Shown here in pieces: positions 18,732-27,873 of a stretch of 64,000 bases of DNA. Position 1 is the stretch's first letter. The number at the start of each line of letters is the position of its first letter. The notes below the pieces were generated by a model. The model did not search any database and was not told the origin of the DNA. It worked only from the letters and a program-made list of their open reading frames with translations. This DNA is from Gammaproteobacteria bacterium Ga0077554 (GTDB lineage Bacteria > Pseudomonadota > Gammaproteobacteria > Ga0077554 > Ga007554): assembly GCA_001464585.1 (NCBI GenBank), contig LNFF01000040.1, positions 7,267 to 71,266 on the forward strand, given 5' to 3'. Position numbers and translations under genes: made by a program.

Positions 18732-20528
18732 ATGAAAAAACGGGACCGGTTGACTCGCATAGTACTTTCGCACCTTGGACGCATGAAAGGCGGTCTGGCG
18801 CTCGCGGCGGTGTGCACGCTGGGTGTCGTGGCTCTTGATCTGCTCGCTCCCTGGCCCCTAAAAATACTGTTCGATCACATCCTGCTCGAGAAACCCCTGG
18901 GTTCCGCACTCTCGTTTCTTGATGGCGTGCTGGCGCGCGGGCCGCTCGTCGCGCTCGCCACGCTCGCGGCAATGATCGTGCTGATCGCGCTCGGCAAGGC
19001 CGCGTTCCTGTATTTCCAGGTCTTTCAGACTTCGCGCATAGGCTATCAGTTGGTGTTCGAGTTGCGCCGGGAACTGTTTCAGCACTTGCAGGGCCTATCG
19101 CTGTCGTATCACAACCGCGCCCGCGCCGGGGACCTGCTTAACCGCATCACCAGCGACACCCACAACCTGCGGGACACTTTCACCGAATCCGCACTCGCCT
19201 TCGGCACCCACCTGCTCACCATCGTGGGCATGCTCGTGGTGATGTTCGCGCTCAATTGGCGGCTGGCGCTGATCGCGGCCGTGACGTTTCCCCTGCTGCT
19301 CGTGGTGCTGATATTGTTCTATGCGCGCGTCAAGGCCACGATGAAAAAACAGCGGCGACGGGAAGGCAAGATCGCCGCGCGCCTCGGCGAGGTGTTCGCC
19401 ACTGTGCCACTGGTGCGCGCCTTCGGGCGCGAGCGCTATGAAATCGCGCAGTTCGAGACGCAAAGCACCAAGCATCTGGAGGAAGGCATTCGCGCGCTGC
19501 GGCTCGAAGCGGCGGCGATACGCGCTACCGAAATCATCAGCGCCTTTGGCCTCGGCGCGACCGTGTTCTATGGCGCATTGCAGGTGCTCGCGGAGCGCAT
19601 GACACCCGGCGATCTGCTGGTGTTCTCGGCCTATGTCTCGCGCATGTATAGCCCGATACGTCAAGTCGCCAAGCTGTTGCTCAAATTTAACAAGGCGGCG
19701 GTCAGTGCGGAACGCCTGCGCGAGATCCTCAACGAAGAGCCCGAGATACCCGACCGGCCGGATGCAATCGAGGCGCACGACCTCAAGGGCGAGATCCGCT
19801 TCGATGGCATCTCGTTCGGTTATGGTGAAGGGGACAAGACATTAAATGACATCAGTTTCAGCATCGCCCCAGGGCAACGGCTGGTGCTGGTCGGCGCCTC
19901 CGGCGCTGGCAAATCAACCCTCGTCAATCTACTGCTGCGCCTGTATGAGCCCACCAGCGGTGCTATTTTCGTGGACGGCCACGACATCCGCGACTATCGG
20001 CGCGAATCCCTCCGGCGCGAGATCGGAATCGTGTTGCAGGACAACGTGCTGTTCGGCGCCAGCGTCCGCGAGAACATCGCTTACGGCAAGCTCCACGCCA
20101 CGCCGGAAGAAGTCGAGGCGGCGGCGCGCGCCGCCCATGCGCACGAGTTTATCGCGGCCCTGCCTGAAGGTTACGACACCCTCGTGGGGGAACGCGGCGC
20201 GACTCTTTCCGGTGGGCAGCGCCAGCGCATCGGGCTGGCGCGCGCCCTGATCAAGCGCCCGTCAATCCTGATCCTCGACGAGCCCACCTCGGCTCTCGAT
20301 GCCAGTTCCGAGGCGCTGATCCAGGAGGTGATTGAGCGTCTGCAGCAAGGCAAGACCACAATCCTGATCGCGCACCACTTTCGCTATATCAAGCATACCG
20401 ATCATGTTCTCGTGCTCAAGCAGGGCATTATCGCGGAACAAGGGAAGGCGCGGGAACTGATGGCGATGAAGGGTCATTATTACGATCTGTATGTGCATCA
20501 GGAATCTGATGCGCGCACCCGGCGATGA
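18732..20528 (+). CDS. fused permease-ATPase ABC exporter (type I, MsbA-like)
   Basis: 6 N-terminal TM helices, Walker A 'GASGAGKST', signature 'LSGGQRQR', Walker B 'LILDEPTSALD'. The start 18732 is chosen 2 nt after the kinase stop. Confidence 0.8.
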   Translation: MKKRDRLTRIVLSHLGRMKGGLALAAVCTLGVVALDLLAPWPLKILFDHILLEKPLGSALSFLDGVLARGPLVALATLAAMIVLIALGKAAFLYFQVFQTSRIGYQLVFELRRELFQHLQGLSLSYHNRARAGDLLNRITSDTHNLRDTFTESALAFGTHLLTIVGMLVVMFALNWRLALIAAVTFPLLLVVLILFYARVKATMKKQRRREGKIAARLGEVFATVPLVRAFGRERYEIAQFETQSTKHLEEGIRALRLEAAAIRATEIISAFGLGATVFYGALQVLAERMTPGDLLVFSAYVSRMYSPIRQVAKLLLKFNKAAVSAERLREILNEEPEIPDRPDAIEAHDLKGEIRFDGISFGYGEGDKTLNDISFSIAPGQRLVLVGASGAGKSTLVNLLLRLYEPTSGAIFVDGHDIRDYRRESLRREIGIVLQDNVLFGASVRENIAYGKLHATPEEVEAAARAAHAHEFIAALPEGYDTLVGERGATLSGGQRQRIGLARALIKRPSILILDEPTSALDASSEALIQEVIERLQQGKTTILIAHHFRYIKHTDHVLVLKQGIIAEQGKARELMAMKGHYYDLYVHQESDARTRR

Positions 20529-21865
20529 GCCGTCATACAGCCATCAGCTTCATGCTTTCCGGAATCCTCGCCTTGGCGCCGCTGGGGGCTCGGGCCGAAG
20601 CGCCCCCAGGGCCGACGATCCCGGAAGGCGCGCCTGAAACCCAGGTCACGGACGTCGATACCGCTGTCCTGCCGCCGCTGCCTTTTCATCCCGCACCATG
20701 GTTATCCATGGGCGCGATGGTCAAACTCACTCTGGCAAGCGGCGAGAACGTCAGTATCGCGGGTTCAGCGCCGCCCCGCCAGCGGTCATCCGAAGCGGTG
20801 TTAACCACGGCGGCCAGCGTTTCCCTGGCGCCGAACCTAGGGATCTTTACTGCGGCCGAGCTGGTACGTGACAAGAGAACGGGGCGGTCGCTGGACACAA
20901 ATGCTGAGATCACGGTCGCCTACCTGCTTTGGAACCGGATGTTCTCATCTCCGTTCACCCTGCAGTTGGGACGCCAGCGTTTCGCCGACGAGCGTCAGTG
21001 GTTGTTCGACGAAAATCTCGACGGCGTGCGCGTGCAGGGGAAGTTCGGCCGTCTGGTGGGTGAAATTTCCGGCAGCACCTATCTGAACCCAAAAAGCGAC
21101 AGCCAAGAGATGGAGAATTACCTGTTGCGCGCCGATTTTCACTTTACCCCCCAGGATCGTCTCGGCGTGTACGCGTTTCATCGCAAAGACCCGCTCAGCG
21201 AAAACAATGATCGTACCTATCTGGGAGTGAACGGCGCGGCGCGGGTATCCGGGCACAAACTCTGGCTCGATGCGGCCTTACTCTCTGGCGATAATGGCGC
21301 GCGTCAGCGCCAAAGCTTCGGCGCTGACGCAGGCATAACATTGCGCTTCGGTGCTGATCGGCAATGGGCTGTTACCCTGGCCCATGCCGTGGGCTCGGGG
21401 GATGGCAACCGGGACGATAACCTCGACAAAACTTTTCGCCAGACGAACCTGCACGACAATGAGGCGCGGTTCAACGGTGTAACGAGATTCAAATATTACG
21501 GTGTCGTCACCGATCCCGAACTAAGCAATCTCCGCATCGCCACGGCCGGCATCGGGCTGAACCCAAATCGGCAGTATTCCATCGATCTGGTGTATCACGC
21601 CTACGAACAGATCGTCGAGAACGACCGGTTCCGTTCGGAAGTAATCCAGGATCCCAATGGAGAACAGCGACGACTGGGCGCAGAGATCGATCTTATCTTC
21701 GGTGCGCGCGTGGGCAAATATTTCCGTATCCATGGGACGGTCGGGGTGTTCCAGCCCGGAGCCGCGTTTGACGACACCCGTCGGGTGGTCTTTGGCGAGA
21801 TCGAACTGCGATTGGCAGCGTCCCCACCAAAGCCCGCAAAAGCGGTTAAACCGGTCACAAAATAA
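20525..21865 (+). CDS. signal-peptide-bearing protein, probable outer-membrane beta-barrel (alginate-export/AlgE-like porin candidate)
   Basis: Cleavable signal 'ALAPLGARA/EAP'. Alternating amphipathic beta-strand pattern rich in G, D, N and aromatic residues. ATGA start/stop overlap with the ABC exporter. Confidence 0.45.
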   Translation: MSRHTAISFMLSGILALAPLGARAEAPPGPTIPEGAPETQVTDVDTAVLPPLPFHPAPWLSMGAMVKLTLASGENVSIAGSAPPRQRSSEAVLTTAASVSLAPNLGIFTAAELVRDKRTGRSLDTNAEITVAYLLWNRMFSSPFTLQLGRQRFADERQWLFDENLDGVRVQGKFGRLVGEISGSTYLNPKSDSQEMENYLLRADFHFTPQDRLGVYAFHRKDPLSENNDRTYLGVNGAARVSGHKLWLDAALLSGDNGARQRQSFGADAGITLRFGADRQWAVTLAHAVGSGDGNRDDNLDKTFRQTNLHDNEARFNGVTRFKYYGVVTDPELSNLRIATAGIGLNPNRQYSIDLVYHAYEQIVENDRFRSEVIQDPNGEQRRLGAEIDLIFGARVGKYFRIHGTVGVFQPGAAFDDTRRVVFGEIELRLAASPPKPAKAVKPVTK

Positions 21866-21884
21866 GGCGCAACCCCATCAATGT

Positions 21885-22039
21885 TGTCATTTCGACCGAA
21901 GGCGACCGCCATGGATGGCGGAAGGTAGAGCAACGCGCCGGGCAGGATGCCCAAGTGCGGTGGGCGCAGGGATGCGCAAGAACCGCCCGGAGCAGTTGCC
22001 GGGAGAAATCTTAAGATTCCTCGCTGCGCTCGGAATGAC
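21885..22039. repeat. MITE/REP-like element, family A with a 'cgaggaatcttaag...cggaatgaca' module
   Basis: Matches 12898, 25775 and 49845. Confidence 0.8.
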
Positions 22040-22149
22040 ATGGTTTATGTAACCTGTCCCAAGTTTATTAAGCGAACAGTATTGAGGCGCAACCCGGTGC
22101 GCCATTACTCGCCGAAGTGACATCCGCTCTGCCGTTTCTAATGGAAAAC

Positions 22150-22385
22150 ATGACATCAGCAATGAGTTTTCTACAGGAAAACCCTGATCTCCCTCCCCAC
22201 AATCCCTGACATATGGGATGAAATACCCAATAGGCGCGGCGTAAATAATTTGTAACAATTGTGTCACATATGTCACGAAGCCGTAATATTGAAGTGGTTT
22301 AAGCAGCAAAACCCAGATGTTTTGATGGACATTCATTCATTAAACTCTGGTCAATGAACTTCAGCAGCGTGATGTGTGAAACATA
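22150..22385 (+). repeat. direct repeat copy 2 (promoter region of the DASS transporter); a second block 22489..22584 matches 13363..13458
   Basis: See copy 1. Confidence 0.85.
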
Positions 22386-22418
22386 AGTGTCATAAAGCGC
22401 CATGGAGAGGTAATCAAC

Positions 22419-23990
22419 ATGATCATGCCTCAAGGAGTGAGCACCTTGCCAGCCACGGGGCACCCCGGCTGGCCCTTTAAGCAACATTACCGGCTCATAG
22501 CCGTGAGTGTAGCAGCGGTGGTGGTCACGCTCGCCATCTGGTTCGGGTTGCCGGAACTCAATACGCAGGCACGCCTGGCTTTCATTACTTTCAGCCTGGC
22601 GCTTATTGGATGGTGTTTCACCACGATCAATGACACCTACATCGCATTGGTGGCGGCGATAATTCCCAGCGTAATAGGTACTGGCGCGCCCAACGAATTT
22701 TTCGAGGCATTGGGTGACTCCATGATCTGGTTGCTGTTCGCGGCATTCATCATCGCCGCAGCGGTAAGTGCGTCCGGCCTCTCGCGCCGTTTGACGATGG
22801 CGGTGGTCAGTCGGGCGCACTCTGTAAATCAATTGTTTTATGCGTTGACCGCCGCGATTATCGCCACAGCTTTTGTCATTCCTTCCACATCCGGCCGCGC
22901 GGCGCTGATGTTGCCGATTTTCATTGCGCTGAGCACCACCATCAATGATGCGCGCATCACCAAAGCGTTGGCGCTGCTTTTCCCCACAGTGATCTTGTTG
23001 TCGGCGGTTGCGTCACTGATTGGTGCGGGCGCGCATCTGGTGACCGCCGATCTGCTGCTGCACATGACGGGACAGCGTATTGGCTTTTGGGAATGGATGG
23101 TATGGGGGCTACCGTTTGCGCTGGTGAGTTGTTTTGTTTCGACGTGGTTAATCCTGCGCCTGTTCCTGAACAAGGAAGAACAGCATAAGCCCGTGCAATT
23201 CAGCGTGGCGCAAATTGAAAAGGGCGACGATAGTTCTGATCCCAAGGCGTTTTCCAGGCAAGAGCGCTACATGTTAATACTGGTGGTGGCCCTGGTCACC
23301 TTGTGGGCCACGGAACCATTACACGGCGTCAACAATACCATGGTCGCCATCGTCGGAGCCTTGCTGGCGACGGCGCCAAAATTTGGCGTGTTTTCGTTCA
23401 TGGAGGCCGTCAAGAAAGTTGAGTGGAGCTTGCTGATTTTCCTGGCGGCGACCATGGAGATAGGCGAGTCCTTGATTGAGTCAGGTGGCGCCAAGTGGTT
23501 GGCGGATCACTTGTTCGAGATGTTGCAGGGTGGAGCCGCAACCTCTGCATGGCTTGTGGTTTCTGTTGTCGCGGCGGTTTCGTTGCTCTCGCATTTGCTC
23601 ATTAATTCGCGCACTGCGCGTTCCTCAGTGCTGGTTCCGCTGGTGATTTTGCTGGGCCTGTCGCTGGGGTTTCAACCGGCGGGGCTGGCGTTCCTCTCCA
23701 CTGCGGCAGCCGGTTTTTGTCTGACGTTGATGGTCAGCGCCAAACCCGTCGCCATGTTTGGCCAGATCGAGGCGTCCACCTATACCGCGCAGGATCTGTT
23801 GCGTTTGAGCGCTGTGCTGTTGCCGATACATTTTGTATTGCTCGTGGTATTCGCCTTTTTTGTCTGGCCTTATCTGGGGTTGGAGTTTCTGCCTGACCCG
23901 ACTGCAGTTCATCAGACACCGACGTGGACGGAATGGCAACCTTCACCCGCACAGACGTCGACGGTCGCTGTTGCTATGCAGGGTAAATAA
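22419..23990 (+). CDS. DASS/SLC13-type (ArsB/NhaD superfamily) anion or carboxylate transporter
   Basis: 523 aa with about 12-14 TM helices and an internal duplication pattern. GGAGAGG RBS. Confidence 0.65.
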   Translation: MIMPQGVSTLPATGHPGWPFKQHYRLIAVSVAAVVVTLAIWFGLPELNTQARLAFITFSLALIGWCFTTINDTYIALVAAIIPSVIGTGAPNEFFEALGDSMIWLLFAAFIIAAAVSASGLSRRLTMAVVSRAHSVNQLFYALTAAIIATAFVIPSTSGRAALMLPIFIALSTTINDARITKALALLFPTVILLSAVASLIGAGAHLVTADLLLHMTGQRIGFWEWMVWGLPFALVSCFVSTWLILRLFLNKEEQHKPVQFSVAQIEKGDDSSDPKAFSRQERYMLILVVALVTLWATEPLHGVNNTMVAIVGALLATAPKFGVFSFMEAVKKVEWSLLIFLAATMEIGESLIESGGAKWLADHLFEMLQGGAATSAWLVVSVVAAVSLLSHLLINSRTARSSVLVPLVILLGLSLGFQPAGLAFLSTAAAGFCLTLMVSAKPVAMFGQIEASTYTAQDLLRLSAVLLPIHFVLLVVFAFFVWPYLGLEFLPDPTAVHQTPTWTEWQPSPAQTSTVAVAMQGK

Positions 23991-24072
23991 AACCCGTAGC
24001 AAGCAAGCTGCGGGGTATTTCTCTGTCATTCCGAGCACCGCGAGGAATCTTAAGCAAGATCCCTCACTGCGC
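23991..24072. repeat. MITE-like element, family B ('gtcattccgagc..cgaggaatcttaag..agatccctcactgcg')
   Basis: Shares modules with 30243, 37690, 42058, 59956 and 63229. A related fragment 'gcgtagcgaggaacccaaacccaaagagattga' lies at 24095..24140 and again at 48205..48245. Confidence 0.75.
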
Positions 24073-24166
24073 CTGAAATGATAAGGGCGATGACAATAAA
24101 CCAAGCTACGGGGAAAGCGTAGCGAGGAACCCAAACCCAAAGAGATTGATCAAGGAGAATGTATTT

Positions 24167-25390
24167 ATGAAATTAAATGTATTGATAGCACCATCTGGAT
24201 TTAAAGAGAGCCTGGGCGCCGATGAGGTGACGGACTGCATCGCCGCTGGCGTGCTGCGGGTGTTGCCCGAAGCCAGGATCATGAAAGCCCCGCTGGTGGA
24301 TGGCGGCGAGGGTTTTACCAAGGCGTTGGTCGCGGCTACGGGCGGGACATTGCACGATATCGTAGTCACGGGGCCGGTCGGCGAGCCTGTGCAATCGCAC
24401 TTTGGTTTTCTCGGCGGGAAGGGGCCTAAAACCGCCGTGCTGGAAATGGCCGCCGCCGCTGGGTTACGCCTGGTGCCGCGCGAGTGCCGCGATCCTTTGA
24501 TCACCACCACCTTTGGTGTGGGCGAGTTGATCAAGGCCGCGCTTGATGCCGGCGCGGAACGCGTGCTGATCGGCTGCGGGGACTCCGGCACCAACGACGG
24601 CGGCGCAGGCATGGCGCAGGCGCTAGGCATACGCCTGCTGGACAATGCCGGCAAGGAGATTGGCCGGGGCGGCGGGGCGCTGGACAGACTGGCGCGGATT
24701 GATCTCTCGGGTCGTGATCCGCGTATTGCTCACGTACACATCGACGTAGCGTGTAACTGGCACAACGTGTTGTGTGGTCCGAATGGAGTGGCGCGCGTAT
24801 TCGGCCCGCAAAAAGGCGCCTCGCCGCAGACCGTCGAACGGCTCGCTGCGGCGCTTGACCGTTATGCCGGGGTGCTCAAGGACGCGACAGGGATTGATGT
24901 GCGCGGTATGCCGGGTGGCGGCGCTTCCGGAGGTCTGGGGGCGGGATTATGTGCTTTGCTCGGCGCGCGGTTGCACTCACGTTATGAGATTGTGATGCAA
25001 TACCTGGAACTGGATAGCCTGCTGGCCCAGGCCGATGTGGTATTCACCGCAGAGGGAGCGATTGATTTTCAAACCCCGCGTGGAAAAATTCCCGCCGAGG
25101 TCGCGCGTCGCGCCAAGAAATACGGATTGCCGGTAATTACCCTGGCGGGGACTATCGGCAAAAATGCCTGTGTCAATCTGGAGTGCGGTATTGATGCCTA
25201 TACGAGCATAGTGGAGGGTCCCTGCACCCTTGCCGAGGCCATTGAAAATGCCCCACGTCTCCTTGAGGAAACGGCGGAATATGTCATGCGCATGGTTCTG
25301 ATAGGTGCGCGCCTGGAGTCCGCACCGCGATTGCCACAGGCATTTTTGCCGCGCGGTGCTGTGGTGGTGGGCCAGCGGGCAATGGTGTAA
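24167..25390 (+). CDS. glycerate kinase (GlxK/GarK family)
   Basis: 'MKLNVLIAPSGFKESL...DGGEG...GCGDSGTNDGGAGMAQALG' are the canonical glycerate 2-kinase motifs. GGAGAA RBS. The ATG at 24167 is preferred. Confidence 0.85.
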   Translation: MKLNVLIAPSGFKESLGADEVTDCIAAGVLRVLPEARIMKAPLVDGGEGFTKALVAATGGTLHDIVVTGPVGEPVQSHFGFLGGKGPKTAVLEMAAAAGLRLVPRECRDPLITTTFGVGELIKAALDAGAERVLIGCGDSGTNDGGAGMAQALGIRLLDNAGKEIGRGGGALDRLARIDLSGRDPRIAHVHIDVACNWHNVLCGPNGVARVFGPQKGASPQTVERLAAALDRYAGVLKDATGIDVRGMPGGGASGGLGAGLCALLGARLHSRYEIVMQYLELDSLLAQADVVFTAEGAIDFQTPRGKIPAEVARRAKKYGLPVITLAGTIGKNACVNLECGIDAYTSIVEGPCTLAEAIENAPRLLEETAEYVMRMVLIGARLESAPRLPQAFLPRGAVVVGQRAMV

Positions 25391-25477
25391 AATCGGTAAT
25401 GCCTGTACTCGCCCCCGCATTTCCGCGAGATCATGGGCAGAGGCCGAGAGATTGGCGTGAAACGGAGGAATAAACGC

Positions 25478-25711
25478 ATGAATGCAGCCGTCGTCGACAA
25501 CAAAGAATCCCAGAGACATCTGAGCTTTATCCACATGATTGCGGAAGCCAGTGGCGTGCCGGATGAAGAAGTGGAACAGATTTATAATGCGGAATTGGAA
25601 AAGCTGAAGAAGGGAGCGCGGCTGAGCACCTTTCTTCCGGTGCTTGCGGGCAGCAGGACAAAGGAAATCCTGCGGCATATGCAGCACGGCTCGCTTCGTA
25701 ACTTGCTATGA
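25478..25711 (+). CDS. hypothetical small protein (77 aa)
   Basis: GGAGGA RBS 7 nt before the ATG at 25478. No family recognised. Confidence 0.35.
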   Translation: MNAAVVDNKESQRHLSFIHMIAEASGVPDEEVEQIYNAELEKLKKGARLSTFLPVLAGSRTKEILRHMQHGSLRNLL

Positions 25712-25774
25712 AAGCTTGCGCTCCTGCATGAAAAATGCGGGGGAGAGGCCGTGTTACGGGATCTTTACGATGTG

Positions 25775-25885
25775 TGTCATTTCGACCGAAGGCGACCGCC
25801 ATGGATGGCGGAAGGTAGAGCAACGCAGGAGCAGTTGCCGGGAGAAATCTTTTGCGTAGGATTTCTCCCTTCGGTCGAAATGACA
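25775..25885. repeat. MITE/REP-like element, family A (complete hairpin form)
   Basis: 'tgtcatttcgaccgaaggcgaccgccatggatggcggaaggtagagcaacgcaggagcagttgccgggagaaatc...gatttctcccttcggtcgaaatgaca'. Confidence 0.85.
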
Positions 25886-25919
25886 ATACCTGCGGAATAG
25901 ACAATACCGCGAAATGAAA

Positions 25920-27005
25920 TTAACCCACTTTCAATACCGGAGATGATGGGATCAGATGCTTTATCGTTTGCGCGATTTCCGCACTTTCCAGTTGCGCCAG
26001 CGTCAATACGGGCAATCCTGTCGCAGCATGGGTCTCGCGTACCGCCAGGGGAGACAGTGTCAACAAACCACTGACACCGATCACCGGCGCCTGGTGTTGC
26101 CGCAGCCACTCCACTCCGGCCGCTCCGCCCATTGCATCGCTGGCAGCGAAAAGCACGCCGTCGATGTTCGCCAGGAAACTGTGGGAGCGCATCAATTGGC
26201 TGGTTTCCTGCTGAAACAGGCCATCGGCAATTTCCAGAACAATGGCGTCCATGCCGTGATGCCCGAGTTCGTGAATGAGCTGGCTGGCAATCCGTTCCAC
26301 TTTATCGTTGGGCTGCAGATAAGTAGAGGGAACGCCTGCGTCAAGGAAATCGAGTACCCGCGTGGCGCCGGCATCACGCATCAACCAGGTATCTCTGCCA
26401 GAACCGGTGCCAGTGACCTTGGCGGCCCCTACTTTAAGACCGGCGCGAACCAGTCCCTTGATGAGATAGGCGGCCGTAGTGGTCTTGCCAGCGTTCATGG
26501 CCGTGCCGGCGACCACGATGGTAAGCGGAGAGTTAGCGTGGTAGACGCCTCGGGGTAAGGTCCAGTCAGACAGGTTGAGCACCTGACGATTGCGGTCAGC
26601 GATCAAACCCAGGGGAGTAATGGCAGTGGGGTTGCCAGTCTTGCCGTAACGATGCACAACCTGGGCAGCGATGCCGCCGGAAGCGGCCAGATGGCACGGG
26701 CCGAGATGATCAGGCACCATCGCCTCGTACTGATCGGGGGCATAACGATTGCCGTAGACGACGACAATGAGATCTCCGGCAAAAAGCTGGGAACGGCGAC
26801 CATCAATAAGTTCCAAGCATTTGTGCTGACCCACCGTGTCGACCCGCGCCAGCACCAGATCACCGGAGCGGGGAACGCTATCGGAGCGTAGGGTCATCAT
26901 TGCCTCACGGGGCACGCGGCGTGTGCTGTAGGCGCTTTTGATTGAGGTGTTGTCTTTAGGGAATAACCGTGTAATGTCATTGTGTTCCATGTTTGCTTCC
27001 TCCAT
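25920..27005 (-). CDS. DUF1611-family P-loop protein
   Basis: 361 aa. P-loop 'GTAMNAGKTTT' in the characteristic DUF1611 context. Confidence 0.55.
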   Translation of the reverse strand: MEEANMEHNDITRLFPKDNTSIKSAYSTRRVPREAMMTLRSDSVPRSGDLVLARVDTVGQHKCLELIDGRRSQLFAGDLIVVVYGNRYAPDQYEAMVPDHLGPCHLAASGGIAAQVVHRYGKTGNPTAITPLGLIADRNRQVLNLSDWTLPRGVYHANSPLTIVVAGTAMNAGKTTTAAYLIKGLVRAGLKVGAAKVTGTGSGRDTWLMRDAGATRVLDFLDAGVPSTYLQPNDKVERIASQLIHELGHHGMDAIVLEIADGLFQQETSQLMRSHSFLANIDGVLFAASDAMGGAAGVEWLRQHQAPVIGVSGLLTLSPLAVRETHAATGLPVLTLAQLESAEIAQTIKHLIPSSPVLKVG

Positions 27006-27138
27006 GTTAGCGCGCCAGCGGCGCTATGTTGATGACTGTGTTTATTTCAGATTACTGCTGAAGGCGCCCCGCATGCAGGCGGGGCCACCGCAAAGTACTT
27101 CAACGAACGGGCGCTGCACCGCCCCGTGTCATGTCACA

Positions 27139-27705
27139 TTACAGCCCCGCGCACTGATCTTCCTTGCTCGGCGACTGGTTGCCGCTGCCAGTAGGTGCGG
27201 GGATGTTTTCCTTGCACTGCATATTGCCGTTCATGCGGTTGTTGATAAAGCTCGCGCCGCCCGTGTTCTGGAAAGCCTGCAGGTTGCCGCCGATGACGTT
27301 GCCAGTAGCGGAAATGGCAGCAGTGTTGGACTCAAACTGCAAGTCGCCCTTGATGCGGGCGCGGTCGATGCTGGCCGTACCTCCCTGCACGAGCTGCACC
27401 GAACCGCCCACGGTGGAGAAACCACCCACGCGGACGGAGGCGGCGCCCTCGGCCTGTAGATTGCCGTTGATCGAGACGCTGGTAGCCTGCAGGCTGGCGC
27501 CATTGCCGACGACCACGCTGCCATTCATGCGCGTGCGATCAAGCACGCAACTCGCGCCGTCAGGCACGAACACATTGTCCAGCGAAACCGGGCCCACCAC
27601 GCCTGTGCAGCGGAACTCCTCGGCCAGGGTCGGGGTGGCAAACAGCGTTGCGCCGGTGGCGAGGACGCCGATCAGAAATGCTCTTGGAAATGCTTTTGCT
27701 TTCAT
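27139..27705 (-). CDS. secreted beta-solenoid repeat protein (hypothetical)
   Basis: Signal peptide 'MKAKAFPRAFLIGVLATGATLFATPTLA', then about seven ~19-20-aa repeats of pattern '..NG.(V/L)...G.ASL/V.'. Confidence 0.5.
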   Translation of the reverse strand: MKAKAFPRAFLIGVLATGATLFATPTLAEEFRCTGVVGPVSLDNVFVPDGASCVLDRTRMNGSVVVGNGASLQATSVSINGNLQAEGAASVRVGGFSTVGGSVQLVQGGTASIDRARIKGDLQFESNTAAISATGNVIGGNLQAFQNTGGASFINNRMNGNMQCKENIPAPTGSGNQSPSKEDQCAGL

Positions 27706-27873
27706 GTCTGTAACTCCTATGGGTTCAAAGGTAGAATCCGTGCCATGCTTATCCGGTTGTCTTCCGACCTGCCAGCATGATAAGTAACCACATCTGGAAC
27801 TGACCGGCTAAGCATGGAATGTACTGTAGATACTTTTCGCCACGAGGGTAATTGGGACGTATCCGCAGCAGCA

